A stretch of 64,000 nucleotides of DNA from Verrucomicrobiota bacterium. Its GTDB lineage: Bacteria; Verrucomicrobiota; Kiritimatiellia; CAIQIC01. Positions within the stretch are counted from its first letter, which is position 1. Each line of letters opens with the position of its first letter. The stretch lies in NCBI GenBank assembly GCA_004321905.1, contig SCQF01000053.1, forward strand, positions 39,192-103,191, read 5' to 3'. The notes under the pieces were generated by a model. It saw only the letters and a program-made list of their open reading frames with translations, was not told where the DNA came from and made no database searches. This document shows, in pieces, positions 55,940 through 64,000 of the stretch. Position numbers and translations under genes: made by a program.

Positions 55940-57403
55940 CTATCCGCTGATCTCTGGCTTTTCTTTATGCCACGGCGTCGCCTGTTCGTAGGCGTGGCCG
56001 ATTTTCAGAATCACATTTTCCCCCAGCGCGGGCCCGATCACTTGCAAGCCGACCGGTAGTTTCTCGGAGGTGAAGCCACACGGTACGCTGACGCCGCAGA
56101 TGCCGGCGAGGTTGACCGGGATCGTGAAAATATCGCCGAGATACATCTTGAGCGGATCAGCGAGCTTCTCGCCAAACTTATAGGCGGCGGTGGGTGCGAC
56201 GGGCGTCAGGATCGCATCACATTGTTTGAACGCGGCCTCGAAATCACGGCGGATCAGGGTCCGCACTTTTTGGGCGCGGAGATAATAGGCGTCGTGATAG
56301 CCGCTGGAGAGGACGTAGGTGCCGAGGATGATGCGACGCTTCACTTCCTGCCCGAAGCCGGCGGCGCGGGTCTTGCCGTATTGGTCAAGCGGGTCTTCCC
56401 CGTCCACGCGCAGGCCGTAGCGGACGCCATCGAAGCGCGCAAGGTTCGCGGAGGCTTCCGCCGTGGCGATGATGTAATAGACCGCGACCGCATATTTCGA
56501 GTGCGGCAGGCTGATCTCGACAATCTCCGCGCCGAGTTCACGACACTTGGCCACGGCGACGCGGACGGACTGTTCCACTTCCGCATCGAGTCCTTCGATA
56601 AAGTATTCCCTCGGCAGACCAAGACGCAACCCCTTGAGATCGCCGCCGAGTTGTGCGACGTAATCCGGCACCGGGACATCGAGAGAGGTGGAATCCATTT
56701 CGTCGCGACCCGAAATCGCGCCGAGCAGCAAAGCCGAGTCGCGGACGGTTTTGGTCAGCGGGCCGATTTGATCAAGCGAGGAGGCGAAGGCGGTCAGGCC
56801 GTAACGGGAGACGCGGCCATAGGTCGGCTTGAGGCCCACGCAACCACAGAAGCCCGCCGGCTGGCGGATCGAGCCGCCAGTATCGGAGCCAAGTGTCGCA
56901 AGGGCTTCATCGGCGGCGACGGCGGCGGCGCTGCCACCGCTGGAGCCGCCCGGCACGCGCGACAAATCCCACGGATTACGGGTGGGCTGATAAGCGGAAT
57001 TCTCCGTGCTGCCGCCCATCGCAAACTCATCCATGTTCAGACGTCCGAGAAGCACTGCACCAGCCGCGCGCAGTTTCGCAACAACCGTGGCGTCGTAGGG
57101 CGCAACATACCCGTTGAGAATCTTCGAGGCGCAGGTACAGGGTTGTCTTTTGACGTTGAGTAAATCCTTCATTCCAATCGGCACGCCAAGCAGTGGCTTG
57201 TTTTCGCCCTTCGTACGCGCCGTATCGGCCGCGCGCGCCTGCGCGAGGGCGGACTCGGCATCCACCGTGAGATAAGCACCGACTTGCTTATCGGTCTTCT
57301 CGATGGAAGAGAGCACCGCGCGGACAATGTCCTCGGAACTACATGCACGCTTTGCGAGTTTTTCCGCCGCTTCCGCAACGGTCAGTTGATTCAAATTCGC
57401 CAT
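55940..57403 (-). CDS. gatA: Asp/Glu-tRNA amidotransferase subunit A
   Basis: [41 protein letters not shown]. Confidence 0.98.
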   Translation of the reverse strand: MANLNQLTVAEAAEKLAKRACSSEDIVRAVLSSIEKTDKQVGAYLTVDAESALAQARAADTARTKGENKPLLGVPIGMKDLLNVKRQPCTCASKILNGYVAPYDATVVAKLRAAGAVLLGRLNMDEFAMGGSTENSAYQPTRNPWDLSRVPGGSSGGSAAAVAADEALATLGSDTGGSIRQPAGFCGCVGLKPTYGRVSRYGLTAFASSLDQIGPLTKTVRDSALLLGAISGRDEMDSTSLDVPVPDYVAQLGGDLKGLRLGLPREYFIEGLDAEVEQSVRVAVAKCRELGAEIVEISLPHSKYAVAVYYIIATAEASANLARFDGVRYGLRVDGEDPLDQYGKTRAAGFGQEVKRRIILGTYVLSSGYHDAYYLRAQKVRTLIRRDFEAAFKQCDAILTPVAPTAAYKFGEKLADPLKMYLGDIFTIPVNLAGICGVSVPCGFTSEKLPVGLQVIGPALGENVILKIGHAYEQATPWHKEKPEISG

Positions 57404-57406
57404 AGC

Positions 57407-57712
57407 TCACTCAATAATTTTGGGCACAATGAACTGTCCTTCGCGGGCGAGCGGGGCGTTCTTCATCGCTGCGTCGTGGTCGAGGCATTCACGGACCTCG
57501 TCGGCGCGAAAGACATTCTGCACCGGGATGGCGTGGGCGGTGGGCTCGATGCCTTCGACGTTGAGTTCGTTGAGCTGGCGGACGTAGCCGACGATCTGCT
57601 CAAGCTGCGGCTGCAGGCGGGCGATCTCGTCATCGGCCAGATGCATCCGCGCCAGATGCGCCACATAACGCACATCAATCCGACCGGACGGTTTATTTTC
57701 TGCTGATGTCAT
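57407..57712 (-). CDS. gatC: Asp/Glu-tRNA amidotransferase subunit C
   Basis: YVAHLARM, GIEPTAH, NVFRAD, NAP...FIVPKII. Confidence 0.95.
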   Translation of the reverse strand: MTSAENKPSGRIDVRYVAHLARMHLADDEIARLQPQLEQIVGYVRQLNELNVEGIEPTAHAIPVQNVFRADEVRECLDHDAAMKNAPLAREGQFIVPKIIE

Positions 57713-57790
57713 GCGGTAACCTCAAAAAAACGCACGGCAGTATAAGCAGATGCGCCTATAATTCAACAGGGAACAAACTCACGCCCACCA

Positions 57791-57827
57791 AAAGACAATA
57801 AGCGCGCAACATTATTCGTTGCGCGCT
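57791..57827 (-). terminator. Hairpin terminator after the PEP-CTERM relic
   Basis: AGCGCGCAAC-gaataat-GTTGCGCGCT followed by TATTGTCTTT. Confidence 0.55.
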
Positions 57828-57850
57828 CGTTGGCCGTTTTTCGCGCGATA

Positions 57851-58030
57851 TTATACAGGCCGTTTTAGCTTCCGCATCCGTTGACGCTGGAAGAACGCCA
57901 ACCCGGCCAAACCCGCTAACACAATCGTCGAGGGTTCGGGGATGGTGTAGATATATTGGACATACCCATTCAAACCCGCATGTGACAACTGATCAAGCTG
58001 AACGTTGCCACCACCGCCCCATTTTGTTTT
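57851..58030 (-). pseudogene. Truncated PEP-CTERM protein (C-terminal sorting signal only)
   Basis: ...YIYTIPEPSTIVLAGLAGLAFFQRQRMRK; no signal peptide or protein body; divergent gene starts at 58071. Confidence 0.7.
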
Positions 58031-58070
58031 CGGCGTTGACCGGTCGCGTGGCACACGTCATTCTTGACCC

Positions 58071-58544
58071 ATGCCTGATGCGAAACGAGTACGCCCGGAT
58101 TGGGACACCTATTTCATGGACATCGCGCACACCGTGGCGCGGCGCAGCAACTGCTGCCGCCGCCAAGTGGCCGCCTTGATCGTCAGCGAGCAGCGGATCA
58201 TCTCCACCGGTTATAACGGCACCCCACGCGGCGTGAAGAACTGCATGGAAGGCGGTTGCCCGCGCTGCGCCGGCGACGCCGCTTCCGGCGCACACCTCGG
58301 CGAGTGCCTCTGCTCGCATGCCGAAGAGAACGCCATCGTACAAGCCGCCTACCACGGCATTGCCGTCCGTGGCGGAACACTCTATTCCACGATCAGCCCG
58401 TGCTTGCTCTGCGCCAAAATGATCATCAATGCCGGCCTGCGCGAAGTTGTCTATGAGGATGAGTATCACTTTTCGGCGCAGACCCGCGCGTTGCTGCGCA
58501 CCGCCGGCGTCAAATGCCGCCGCTTTCGGCGGAAAAGCGGTTGA
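58071..58544 (+). CDS. dCMP deaminase / ComEB-like deaminase
   Basis: RPDWDTYFM, RSNC.RRQV, TGYNG, HAEENAI, PCLLC. Confidence 0.92.
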   Translation: MPDAKRVRPDWDTYFMDIAHTVARRSNCCRRQVAALIVSEQRIISTGYNGTPRGVKNCMEGGCPRCAGDAASGAHLGECLCSHAEENAIVQAAYHGIAVRGGTLYSTISPCLLCAKMIINAGLREVVYEDEYHFSAQTRALLRTAGVKCRRFRRKSG

Positions 58545-58586
58545 CGTTCCCGTTGTGCGCCGGCCGAATGAAAAGCAACAGGCCGA

Positions 58587-58635
58587 TTTCCCAACCTTGA
58601 AAAACCGGCCGGCTGCTTTTTCCAACCCTTGGAAA
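58587..58635. repeat. TTCCAA-N3-TTGGAA palindrome pair
   Basis: Cores at 58590 (degenerate) and 58622 (32 bp). Confidence 0.85.
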
Positions 58636-58645
58636 CGCGTTGCGC

Positions 58646-59212
58646 TTAATGCGGCAAATTGATCCCCAACTTGGAAATCAGGACCACGATGAACGCGAAA
58701 TATATAATCATGAATAGGATGGTGGCGATGAACATCAAAATGTAGCCCCAGCCAACCAGCTTGAAAGATTTCAGCAGTTTTTCGAGAAAGGGATTCATAG
58801 GGGCGTCCACCGTGGCGATCCCGCTCAGCAGATTCTTCGCCCCCAGCAAGGCCGCGCCACCCATAATCATCGGGACACCGTAGATCAACCCAATGCAGGA
58901 GAGACAGGCAAAGACGCCCATGATGATGTGCACCACGCCCACGAACGTCATCCAACCCAAGCCGGCAAGCGCGGTGCTATTACCGCTCGCCGATGCGGGT
59001 GTCGCCGCTATACCGATTAGCGTGGCGCCTAGCGCGGTAGGCGCTTGCAGGGCGGCGACGCTGCTCGCGGATACCCAGTTGGCCAGGCCTTCGCTCCAGA
59101 CGAGTGTGCTGGTGGGGATTTGATTGCCGGTGAGCAAGCGTTGCAATTCGTGTTCCGGCACCGGCCCTTTTTTCTCCTGCCCATCCGCTGAATAGTACCA
59201 TTTTTTTTCCAT
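58646..59212 (-). CDS. GYF_2 (DUF4339) membrane protein
   Basis: WYYS..GQEKKGP...TLVWSEGLANW; C-terminal TMs. Confidence 0.82.
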   Translation of the reverse strand: MEKKWYYSADGQEKKGPVPEHELQRLLTGNQIPTSTLVWSEGLANWVSASSVAALQAPTALGATLIGIAATPASASGNSTALAGLGWMTFVGVVHIIMGVFACLSCIGLIYGVPMIMGGAALLGAKNLLSGIATVDAPMNPFLEKLLKSFKLVGWGYILMFIATILFMIIYFAFIVVLISKLGINLPH

Positions 59213-59276
59213 GGCTGGCTCCTGCCGTTAAGTTGCAAAAAGTGTAGCCGATGGCAGGCCGCGGGGCAAGCACAGG

Positions 59277-60458
59277 TCAGGGCAAGTGGAAACTTGTGCC
59301 GCGGGGCAGCGATGGCAAGCCGAAGAAGCTGGCGAGGGTTTGTGCGACATCGAAAAATCCTTGGCGGATGCCGAGATTATGTCCCGATCGGCCAGGCTGA
59401 TAAACCAACAGTGGAGCGAATTCGCGCGTGTGGTCGGTGCCGCGAAACGTCGGATCGTTGCCATGATCGGCGGTAATGATGAGCAAATCCTGCGGGGTGA
59501 GCAGCGGCAGGAAATCGCGAAGAAAAGCGTCGGTTTGTTCCAGCGCGGCGGCAAAACCGCGCGCATCGCGCCGATGGCCATAAAGCATGTCGAAGTCAAT
59601 GAAGTTGGCCATAATCAACCCGCGACTTTTTTCGCGGCAGAAACGGATGACCTGCTCCTGCGCGGCGCTGGTATGGCCGGTGTGCACGCTTTCGGTGATA
59701 CCACGATGCGCGTAGATGTCTTCGATTTTTCCGACCGCAAAGACCGGCACACCAAAATCTTTCAGCCGTTCCAGCACGGTTGGCTCTTCGGGGCGATAGG
59801 CATAGTCGCGGCGATCCTCGGTGCGCGTAAACGCGCCGGGCCGGCCAATGAACGGACGCGCGATCACACGCCCGACCTTGAGCGGATCGCATAATTCGCG
59901 AGCAATTTCGCAACCACGATAGAGTTCGGCCAGCGGAATCACGTCGGTGTGCGCCGCAAGTTGAAATACGGAATCGGCGCTAGTGTAGGCGATCCACGCG
60001 CCGGTACGCAAATGCTCCGGACCGAGTTCCTCAATAATCGCGATGCCGCTGGCGGCCTTGTTGCCGATGGTCTTGCGCTTGGTGCGACGCTCGAACTCCG
60101 CAATAAATTCCGGCGGAAACGAAGGATAGTCGTGTGGAAACAAATGGAACGGCGGATGAATTTTTAGTCCGGCCATTTCCCAATGGCCGGTGATGGTGTC
60201 CTTGCCGTCGGAAATTTCGCGCATCGCGCCGTAGCCACCCATCGGCTGCGCGACCGGCGGCACACCGGCAATCGGCAAGCCGCCGGGTAGCAGCGCCGGG
60301 ATGTTACCGAGTCCTAGTTTTTGGAACGTCGGCAACTTCAGCCCACCGATGGCGGCAGCGCAGTGCGGCAGCGTAGCGGAACCGGCGTCACCGTAGTCCG
60401 CCGCGTCCGGCGCGGCGCCGATACCGACGGAATCCAGCACGATGAGGACAGCCTTCAT
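59277..60458 (-). CDS. deoB: Phosphopentomutase
   Basis: IVLDSVGIG..PDAADYGD.G, GKDTITGHWEM, YTSADSVFQ, GRVIARPF, YGHRRD, TADHGNDP, DHTRE. Confidence 0.96.
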   Translation of the reverse strand: MKAVLIVLDSVGIGAAPDAADYGDAGSATLPHCAAAIGGLKLPTFQKLGLGNIPALLPGGLPIAGVPPVAQPMGGYGAMREISDGKDTITGHWEMAGLKIHPPFHLFPHDYPSFPPEFIAEFERRTKRKTIGNKAASGIAIIEELGPEHLRTGAWIAYTSADSVFQLAAHTDVIPLAELYRGCEIARELCDPLKVGRVIARPFIGRPGAFTRTEDRRDYAYRPEEPTVLERLKDFGVPVFAVGKIEDIYAHRGITESVHTGHTSAAQEQVIRFCREKSRGLIMANFIDFDMLYGHRRDARGFAAALEQTDAFLRDFLPLLTPQDLLIITADHGNDPTFRGTDHTREFAPLLVYQPGRSGHNLGIRQGFFDVAQTLASFFGLPSLPRGTSFHLP

Positions 60459-60485
60459 GCTTGAAAAATAGCAAAGCAATGGCGC

Positions 60486-60506
60486 TTTTCCAAGGCTTGG
60501 AAAAAA
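60486..60506. repeat. TTCCAA-N3-TTGGAA palindrome, single
   Basis: TTTTCCAAGGCTTGGAAAAAA. Confidence 0.9.
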
Positions 60507-60579
60507 CAAAAAAGGAGGGCGCCGCACGCCAAGGAGGTCGGGGTGAGGAACCCCATAGGTTGCATGCGAACGCCCTCGG
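60507..60579 (-). ncRNA. Candidate small structured RNA or terminated leader
   Basis: TTGAAA-N17-TAGTTT promoter (60612-60584), long closing stem, inner GGGGT/ACCCC hairpin, T-run. Confidence 0.45.
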
Positions 60580-60651
60580 CGTTAAACTACTGCGCCACTT
60601 GTTCTTTTTCAAGTGACGACTTTACCTTTTTTCTATAAGCGAAGGAAACGA

Positions 60652-61782
60652 TTGAACACATTCACGATCACGCACCACGACGGCGGCACACAAGCACGAT
60701 GCGGCGTTTTACACACCACGCACGGCCCGGTGGAGACGCCGGTTTTCATGCCCGTGGGGACACAGGCCACCGTCAAGGCGATGACGCCGGCCGAATTGGT
60801 GGAACTCGACTATCAGATCATCCTCGGCAACACCTATCACCTCTTCGTGCGGCCCGGCGTGGAACTGATCGAGCGGTGTGGCGGACTGCACCGCTTCATG
60901 GGTTGGGAGCGCGCGATCCTCACCGATAGTGGCGGCTTTCAGGTGATGAGTTTGGCCAAGTTGCGCAAGGTGACGGACGAGGGCGTGCATTTTCAGTCGC
61001 ACCTCGACGGTACGCGGTTGTTTCTCGGCCCCAAGGAGGCGATGGAAATCCAGCGGCGGCTGGGTTCGGATATCGCCATGGTGCTGGACGAATGCCCGCC
61101 CTACCCTTGCGACCGCGAATACGCTTGCCAAGCCGTGGAACGCACCCTATCGTGGGCGGCTCTTTGTGCCCGTCAGCCACGTGCGGATGGGCAATGGGTC
61201 TTTGGCATTGTGCAAGGCGGCGTGCATCGCGATTTGCGCGCGAGTTGCGCCACGGAATTGGTCAAGCTGGGCTTCGATGGTTATGCCATCGGCGGCGTCA
61301 GCGTCGGCGAAGGGCCGGAGCTGATCGCGCAAGGCGTGGCCGATAGCGTGGATCATCTGCCGTGGGAGCGACCGCGCTATCTGATGGGTGTGGGTATGTT
61401 CGGCCAGATGGTTGCAGCGGTGGCGCGTGGTGTGGATATGTTTGACTGCGTGACGCCGACGCGCTTGGCGCGGCATGGCACGGCGTTCACGCGGCTGGGG
61501 CGCGTGGCGATCAAAGCCGCCGTTTGGAAAGAGGATCAACGCCCGATCGAGGAAGGCTGCGGCTGTTATGCCTGCACGCATTTTTCACGGGCGTATGTGC
61601 GACACCTGCTGAACGCCAACGAAGTGCTGGGGGTGCGGTTGCTTTCCATGCACAATTTATATCGGTTTGGGGAGTTCGTCGGCGAGATGCGCGCGGCGAT
61701 TCGCGCCAATACATTCGCAACGTTTTGCGAACGGCACCGTGATGTGGATCGCGTCGTACCGGCGGCGGAACTCATGGATTGA
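60652..61782 (+). CDS. tgt: Queuine tRNA-ribosyltransferase
   Basis: TPVFMPVGTQATVK, ILTDSGGFQV, FGIVQGG, PRYLMGVG, DMFDCV, CGCYAC; TTG start after GAAGGA. Confidence 0.97.
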   Translation: MNTFTITHHDGGTQARCGVLHTTHGPVETPVFMPVGTQATVKAMTPAELVELDYQIILGNTYHLFVRPGVELIERCGGLHRFMGWERAILTDSGGFQVMSLAKLRKVTDEGVHFQSHLDGTRLFLGPKEAMEIQRRLGSDIAMVLDECPPYPCDREYACQAVERTLSWAALCARQPRADGQWVFGIVQGGVHRDLRASCATELVKLGFDGYAIGGVSVGEGPELIAQGVADSVDHLPWERPRYLMGVGMFGQMVAAVARGVDMFDCVTPTRLARHGTAFTRLGRVAIKAAVWKEDQRPIEEGCGCYACTHFSRAYVRHLLNANEVLGVRLLSMHNLYRFGEFVGEMRAAIRANTFATFCERHRDVDRVVPAAELMD

Positions 61783-61799
61783 ATATAAAAAGGAGATAG

Positions 61800-62153
61800 A
61801 TGATGAACTTGGTTACCTTGGCAATGGCAGCACCGCAAGGCGGTGGCGCCGGCGGACAGCAACAGTCGCCCGCCTTCATGATCGGCTGGCTGGTATTGAT
61901 GGTCGGTATTTTCTATTTCATGATGATCCGTCCGCAACAGCGTCGCGAGAAGGAACGGCGCGCTTTATTGGATGCCGTCAAGAGCGGCGACCGCGTGATT
62001 TTCTCCGGCGGCATTCTCGGTATCGTGACCAACGTCAAAGACAAGCTGCTCGTCGTCAAAATCGCCGAGAATGTGAAAGTGGAAGTTGTCCGCAGCGCTG
62101 TCTCGCAAGTGCTCGGCAAGGATGAAGAACCCGCCGCCGAAGCGAAAAAATAA
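61800..62153 (+). CDS. yajC: Preprotein translocase subunit YajC
   Basis: FYFMMIRPQQRR, GDRVIFSGGILG. Confidence 0.95.
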   Translation: MMNLVTLAMAAPQGGGAGGQQQSPAFMIGWLVLMVGIFYFMMIRPQQRREKERRALLDAVKSGDRVIFSGGILGIVTNVKDKLLVVKIAENVKVEVVRSAVSQVLGKDEEPAAEAKK

Positions 62154-62192
62154 CGACCCGGTTGGTGCGTAATTTTCAGGAGGACTGCATTC

Positions 62193-64000
62193 ATGGAGAC
62201 CAGAAACAAACTCAAATGGCTGCTGCTTTTGGTGCTGACGGGCCTTTCGCTCGCCTTGGTCACACCGGAACACATTCTTAAATTCCGCAAGCCCCTACCG
62301 AGCGACAAGAAGCCCATCACGCTGGGCCTCGACCTCGTCGGCGGGCTACGTTATGTCTTTGAGGTGGACGCCACCAAACTCGGCGGGCACAGCGTCAAGG
62401 ACGCCCAAGCCCGCGCGATGGAAGTGATCCGCAATCGTGTGGACGCCATGGGCACCACCGAGCCGAACATTCAAGCCGAGGGCGATGACCGCATCATCGT
62501 GGAGTTGCCGAACCTGCAGGCCTCGGATCAAGAGCGCGCGCTGGACGTTCTACAAAGCATTGCTTTTCTTGAATTTCGCATGGTGCATCCGAAGAACTCC
62601 GAATTGATCCGGCAGCTCTTTGAACGCGATCAAGTGCCGCCGGGCTTCAGCCTTGCCGTGGTCGAAGACCCCAACCAACCCGGTCAAAGTCACGATTACT
62701 TGCGGCGCGATTACACCAAAGATGTGCCCGGCACCACGAACACGGAAGCTACCGTTCGCGAGCAGATTGCCACGTTCCATGCGCCGCCGGGCCACGAGTT
62801 GTTGCTGGAAAAGCATATCATCGCCGGCCAGACCTATTATGAACCGGCTTTCGTCAACAAAACGCCTGAACTCAAGGGTGAAAACCTCAAGAGCGCCGGC
62901 TACGAATATGACCAGTTGAACCGTCCCTATGTGACGTTGGAATTGGATAGCTCGGCCAAGAAAAAATTCTGGAATCTGACCAAGCGCTATGCCGAACACG
63001 GCAGTGAGAACGAAAACCCCAACATTTCGCGCCGCCTCGCCATCGTGCTCGACGGTAATTTGATCTCCGCGCCCCACTTGCTCAGCGAGATTCCGGACGG
63101 GCGCGCAACCATCACCGGCAACTTCACCTTCAAAGAAGTTCAGGACCTTTCCATCGTGTTGAAAGCTGGCGCCCTGCCCGCGCCGATCAAAATCGTGCAA
63201 GCCCTCGTGGTTGACCCCATGCTTGGTGCCGACTCCATCGCCAGCGGCAAAAACGCCACGCTCATCGGCTGTATCGCCGTCATGGTCTTCATGGCCGGCT
63301 ACTATTTCCTGCCCGGCATGGTGGCGAACTTCGCGTTGATCTGGAACGTGGTGCTGCTGCCATTTGCGCTCTGGGTGGTGGGTGCACTGCTCAGCATGCT
63401 TGATCCCAGCACCGTCGGTGGCGCCATCAGCCTGCCCACCTTGACGCTGCCCGGCATCGCCGGCATCGTGCTGACCGTCGGTATGGCGGTGGACGCCAAC
63501 GTGCTGATTTATGAACGTATCCGCGAGGAACAGCATCTTGGCAAAGACCTGAAAGCTGTGCTGTCCGCGGGCTATCATAAAGCGTTCAGCGCGATTTTCG
63601 ACTCGCACATGACCACCATTTTCTCGGCCTTCATCCTGTTCTGGCTCGGCTCCGGCGCCGTGCGCGGTTTCGCCGTCACGCTCGCCGCCGGTATCGCGTT
63701 GAGCCTCTACACCTCGCTGGTGGTCACCCGCATGGTGTTCAACCTCATCGAAAATCACACCCACCTGACGCGCTTCCGCATGTTGGAGTTGTTCAAAAAT
63801 ATTCCGCACATCAACTTCATCGGCGCGTGGAAAATTTGCGCCATCATTTCCACGGTAGTCATCGTCGGCAGTTGGGGGGTGTTGCTGAAACGCGGCAAGG
63901 CCAACCTCGGCGTGGACTTCACCGGCGGCACCTCGCTCTCGTTCCAATTCCGGCAAAAAGTGCCGGTGGATAAAATCCGTGCCACGGTGGCAGCCGCCGG
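62193..64000 (+). CDS. secD: SecDF fusion protein (3' end runs off the window)
   Basis: ATG 62193 METRNK...; LGLDLVGG, IRNRVD..G..EP, LAIVLDG, LTLPGIAGIVLTVGMAVDANVLIYERIREE; continues in frame into SecF-type LGVDFTGG. Confidence 0.94.
   Translation, partial: METRNKLKWLLLLVLTGLSLALVTPEHILKFRKPLPSDKKPITLGLDLVGGLRYVFEVDATKLGGHSVKDAQARAMEVIRNRVDAMGTTEPNIQAEGDDRIIVELPNLQASDQERALDVLQSIAFLEFRMVHPKNSELIRQLFERDQVPPGFSLAVVEDPNQPGQSHDYLRRDYTKDVPGTTNTEATVREQIATFHAPPGHELLLEKHIIAGQTYYEPAFVNKTPELKGENLKSAGYEYDQLNRPYVTLELDSSAKKKFWNLTKRYAEHGSENENPNISRRLAIVLDGNLISAPHLLSEIPDGRATITGNFTFKEVQDLSIVLKAGALPAPIKIVQALVVDPMLGADSIASGKNATLIGCIAVMVFMAGYYFLPGMVANFALIWNVVLLPFALWVVGALLSMLDPSTVGGAISLPTLTLPGIAGIVLTVGMAVDANVLIYERIREEQHLGKDLKAVLSAGYHKAFSAIFDSHMTTIFSAFILFWLGSGAVRGFAVTLAAGIALSLYTSLVVTRMVFNLIENHTHLTRFRMLELFKNIPHINFIGAWKICAIISTVVIVGSWGVLLKRGKANLGVDFTGGTSLSFQFRQKVPVDKIRATVAAA

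Overview
GC-rich bacterial chromosomal window, probably PVC superphylum (Verrucomicrobiota/Kiritimatiellae-like). That assignment is inferred from the N-extended LepB, a PEP-CTERM remnant, LamG-GH32 and sulfatase proteins, and a divergent mPPase. Most of it is housekeeping: serS, rpe-lepA-lepB, glgA, rnr, rnpB, tkt, thrS-infC, hppA, corA, fba, folC, sppA, gatCAB, deoB and tgt-yajC-secDF. There is also a ~12 kb secreted glycan-degradation cluster (GH32-like, GH117-like, LamG, Tat sulfatase) and an MFS/XylR-type/FGGY-kinase module. Main non-obvious signals: (1) a palindrome TTTTCCAA-NNN-TTGGAAAA at ~23 loci (~38 units), usually paired at a fixed 32-bp period with an unconserved spacer, and translated as the n-region of three signal peptides; (2) a dif-like XerCD site at 5445-5472; (3) an orphan integron-type cassette (attC plus upstream GTT core, no integrase in the window) carrying an ABC-ATPase/TOPRIM (OLD-like) gene; (4) a shared 65-bp promoter/operator linking the GH32 cluster to the MFS transporter 16 kb away; (5) a candidate ~75-nt sRNA/leader with anti-SD motifs upstream of deoB; (6) several gene relics (ppa, xylA, a GH32 tail, PEP-CTERM). 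All calls are by eye from the sequence and ORF track; no searches were run.
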